A program made the translations under genes and the position numbers. From positions 66,836,001 through 66,900,000 of the forward strand of contig OZ024743.1 of assembly GCA_964016885.1 (NCBI GenBank): a stretch of DNA of 64,000 nucleotides, written 5' to 3'. Every line of letters starts with the position of its first letter. Within the stretch, counting starts at the first letter, position 1. Below the pieces are notes generated by a model. That model worked only from the letters and a program-made list of their open reading frames with translations. It was not told where the DNA came from and made no database searches. This DNA comes from Eledone cirrhosa (Eukaryota). Below are positions 61,695 through 64,000 of the stretch, one piece after another.

Positions 61695-62320
61695 AAATGA
61701 ATATAATAATTGTTTTTACTTTTTGGCACAAGGCCAGAAATTATTCCAGTGCATTACTGGTACTTTATTTTATCGACCCCGTAAGGATGAAAGGCAAAGT
61801 TAACCTCGGCGGGATTTGAACTCAGAATGGCAAGCGCCATAACTATGCGTCAAAGCATGGCGTACGACCCTCTACCGATACTGCCAATCCACCGCCCTCA
61901 AATGAATATAATAATTGTTTCTACTTTTGGCACAAGCCAGCAATTAACCAGTACATTACTGGTATTTTATTTTATCGACCCCCTAAGAATGAAAGGCAAA
62001 GTTAACCTCGGCGGGATTTGAACACAGACCATAAATAGACATAACTATGCTGGAAAGCATGGCGTCCGACTCTCTACCGATACTGCCAATCCACCGATGA
62101 TTTCTAGTATAGGCTAGCAATTTGGGGGAGGGGAAAGTCGAATAAATCGACCTCCAGTGCATTACTGGTGCTTTGTTTTATCGAACCTGTAAAGGTGAAA
62201 GGCAGAACCAACCTCGGCGGGATTTGAACTCAGACTGTAAGGGGTCGTAACTTTATGCTGAAAAGCATGGTGTCCGGTGCTCTACCGATAGTGCCAATCC
62301 ACCACCCCCAAATGCATATA
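61695..62320 (-). mobile_element. Head-to-tail triplet of SINE family 1
   Basis: Three copies with recurring spacer caaatgaatataataat. Confidence 0.85.
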
Positions 62321-62969
62321 ACAATAGTCGATCAATATAAATACTAGTTGAGAAAATGGGGTAAAGTCCTCCCGAAGACAGAAAAAGAACACCTCTGTCC
62401 ACTTCTTCTCGTATCTAGGTCGGTTTTACCTGATTTCTTAACTATTTTATATAGTGACCGACTATTATTATGGTCATTTGGGTTGCGACACAAATATTTC
62501 AGATTTCAAATTTCCTCGCTGCTTCTTAAGCCAACCGCATTTTTTACATTTATATTTATATATTGGTTTCTAGATATACATAGGTGTATCGTATCTCCCC
62601 CCTCTCACTATCTATCTATCATCTCCAACGACCCTTCGGTGAAAACCGAAGGGTAAACCTTTTGGAACTGTGTAGACAAACCTAATTTAAAGATGATTAG
62701 GGTCTCTACGGACACCTATAAGTCTTTAAAGGAAAACTTTCCTAAGTACGTGGGTAATCCTTGTGTTAAACCCATTAATCGCGTCCTTTTAAAAAAGTTT
62801 CCCCACCCTCACCCCAGGCACCCCCACCCCACCAAACATCTCCGTCCCCACCCCGCCGGAAACCACCACCCACCCAGACAACTCCTCTAACACCCCCATG
62901 GAAACCGTGCGGCCTGATCCCAGGGAGACGAAGAGGTGAATGCTTTCTCCTCCTCTTTTAACTTTTCAG

Positions 62970-64000
62970 AACCAACATGGCCATGTGTGAATGTACGCGG
63001 CCTGGGGATGCCCTGGAAACAGGGCAAACTCTTAAACGACCTCAGGTCGCACAGTATGGATGTAGTAGCCATTTGCGAGTCCAGGATCCACAGCGAGCGA
63101 CAGCTGGCTCCCATCTTCGATGACTTTGAGGTCTACGCATCTCTCTATCAGCCAGGGGGTGGGGGCGGTGTTGCCGTTTTGCTGCGGAAACACCTGGGCC
63201 TCGTAACACAGACGGTACATCTGGACCCGGAGGGTTGACTGGTGGTCCTAGACGTTGACGGTAGTGAAGGTGGCGCCTTCAGGCTGGTGGCCAAACTTCT
63301 TCAAACGTCTAGAGACTTTTCTGGGAACGTCCCGCTTCTTGCTTTTAGTGGGGGACTGGAATGGATTCCTAGATGCACGTTGGGACTATGTGGGAGCATG
63401 TCACGATATAGGGGGTTGGTGTAACATCGTTAAACAGTTAATCGGCCGATTTCACCTGGCCGATAGATATCGACTAGATTTTCCGATTGTGCCACTGTGG
63501 ACGTGGACTAATCTTAGCGGAACATATAGATCGTACCTAGATAGGGTTCTAGTTAGAAATAAGGATAGGGACATGTTAAGCTGTCCACAAATGTTCATGG
63601 TTGCCTATTCAGATCACAAACTAGTGACCTGCATGGTCAACGTTGATAGAACCCATAGACAAGGACCCGGTTACTGGAAGCTGAACTTGTCGTTACCGAT
63701 ATGCAAAGCCTACAGTAGACGGATTAGCACTTTAGTTAAACAGCACTTGACAGGGACCATTGTCAACAACAGATAGTGTTACTCTCTCAAGAGGGCAGTT
63801 AGATTAGACTCGTTAGTTTTTAGTAAAGAATTAGCGTTAGATAGAAATAGAACCGAGAAAGAACTGGTAGATAAAGTAGAAGTGGCAATTAGAAGTGGCA
63901 ACGTAGCCAGCGGGCTAGCAAGGAGAACGGCCTTGGACTAGTTCTTCGACGCAAAGCATGAGGGCTGCGCTGTCAGAAGCAAAATACGTGCTCTGGGAAA
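62970..64000 (+). mobile_element. L1-Tx1 LINE ORF2 N-terminus (APE endonuclease), disrupted, runs off the window
   Basis: CVNVRGL, VAICESR, LVGDWN, YLDRVLV and SDH motifs. 63822-64000 is homologous to the reverse complement of 42035-42214. Confidence 0.9.

Overview
This is AT-rich animal genomic DNA saturated with microsatellites. It is not prokaryotic; the SINE and microsatellite landscape looks cephalopod (octopus-like), which is an inference. Almost all ORFs in the track are (TA)n/(CA)n/(GA)n artefacts. One real gene is visible: three in-frame spliced 3' exons (3138-3207, 3869-3914, 9805-10068, +) of an EXPERA/EBP-like membrane protein. The rest is repeats: tRNA-derived SINEs, RTE, CR1 and L1-Tx1 LINE fragments, an internally deleted mariner, MITE-like pieces, and 31-bp and 27-bp minisatellites. 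The most striking signal is a dense set of minimal type-I hammerhead ribozyme motifs (CUGANGA-stem II-GAAA-...-UH), about a dozen good or near-intact copies in at least five sequence families. They sit in the pLTRs of two Penelope-like (GIY-YIG) element remnants and in many short non-coding fold-back elements, mostly embedded in (TA)n tracts. Several fold-backs carry a ribozyme on each strand, and two motifs lie on the sense strand of the gene's introns.
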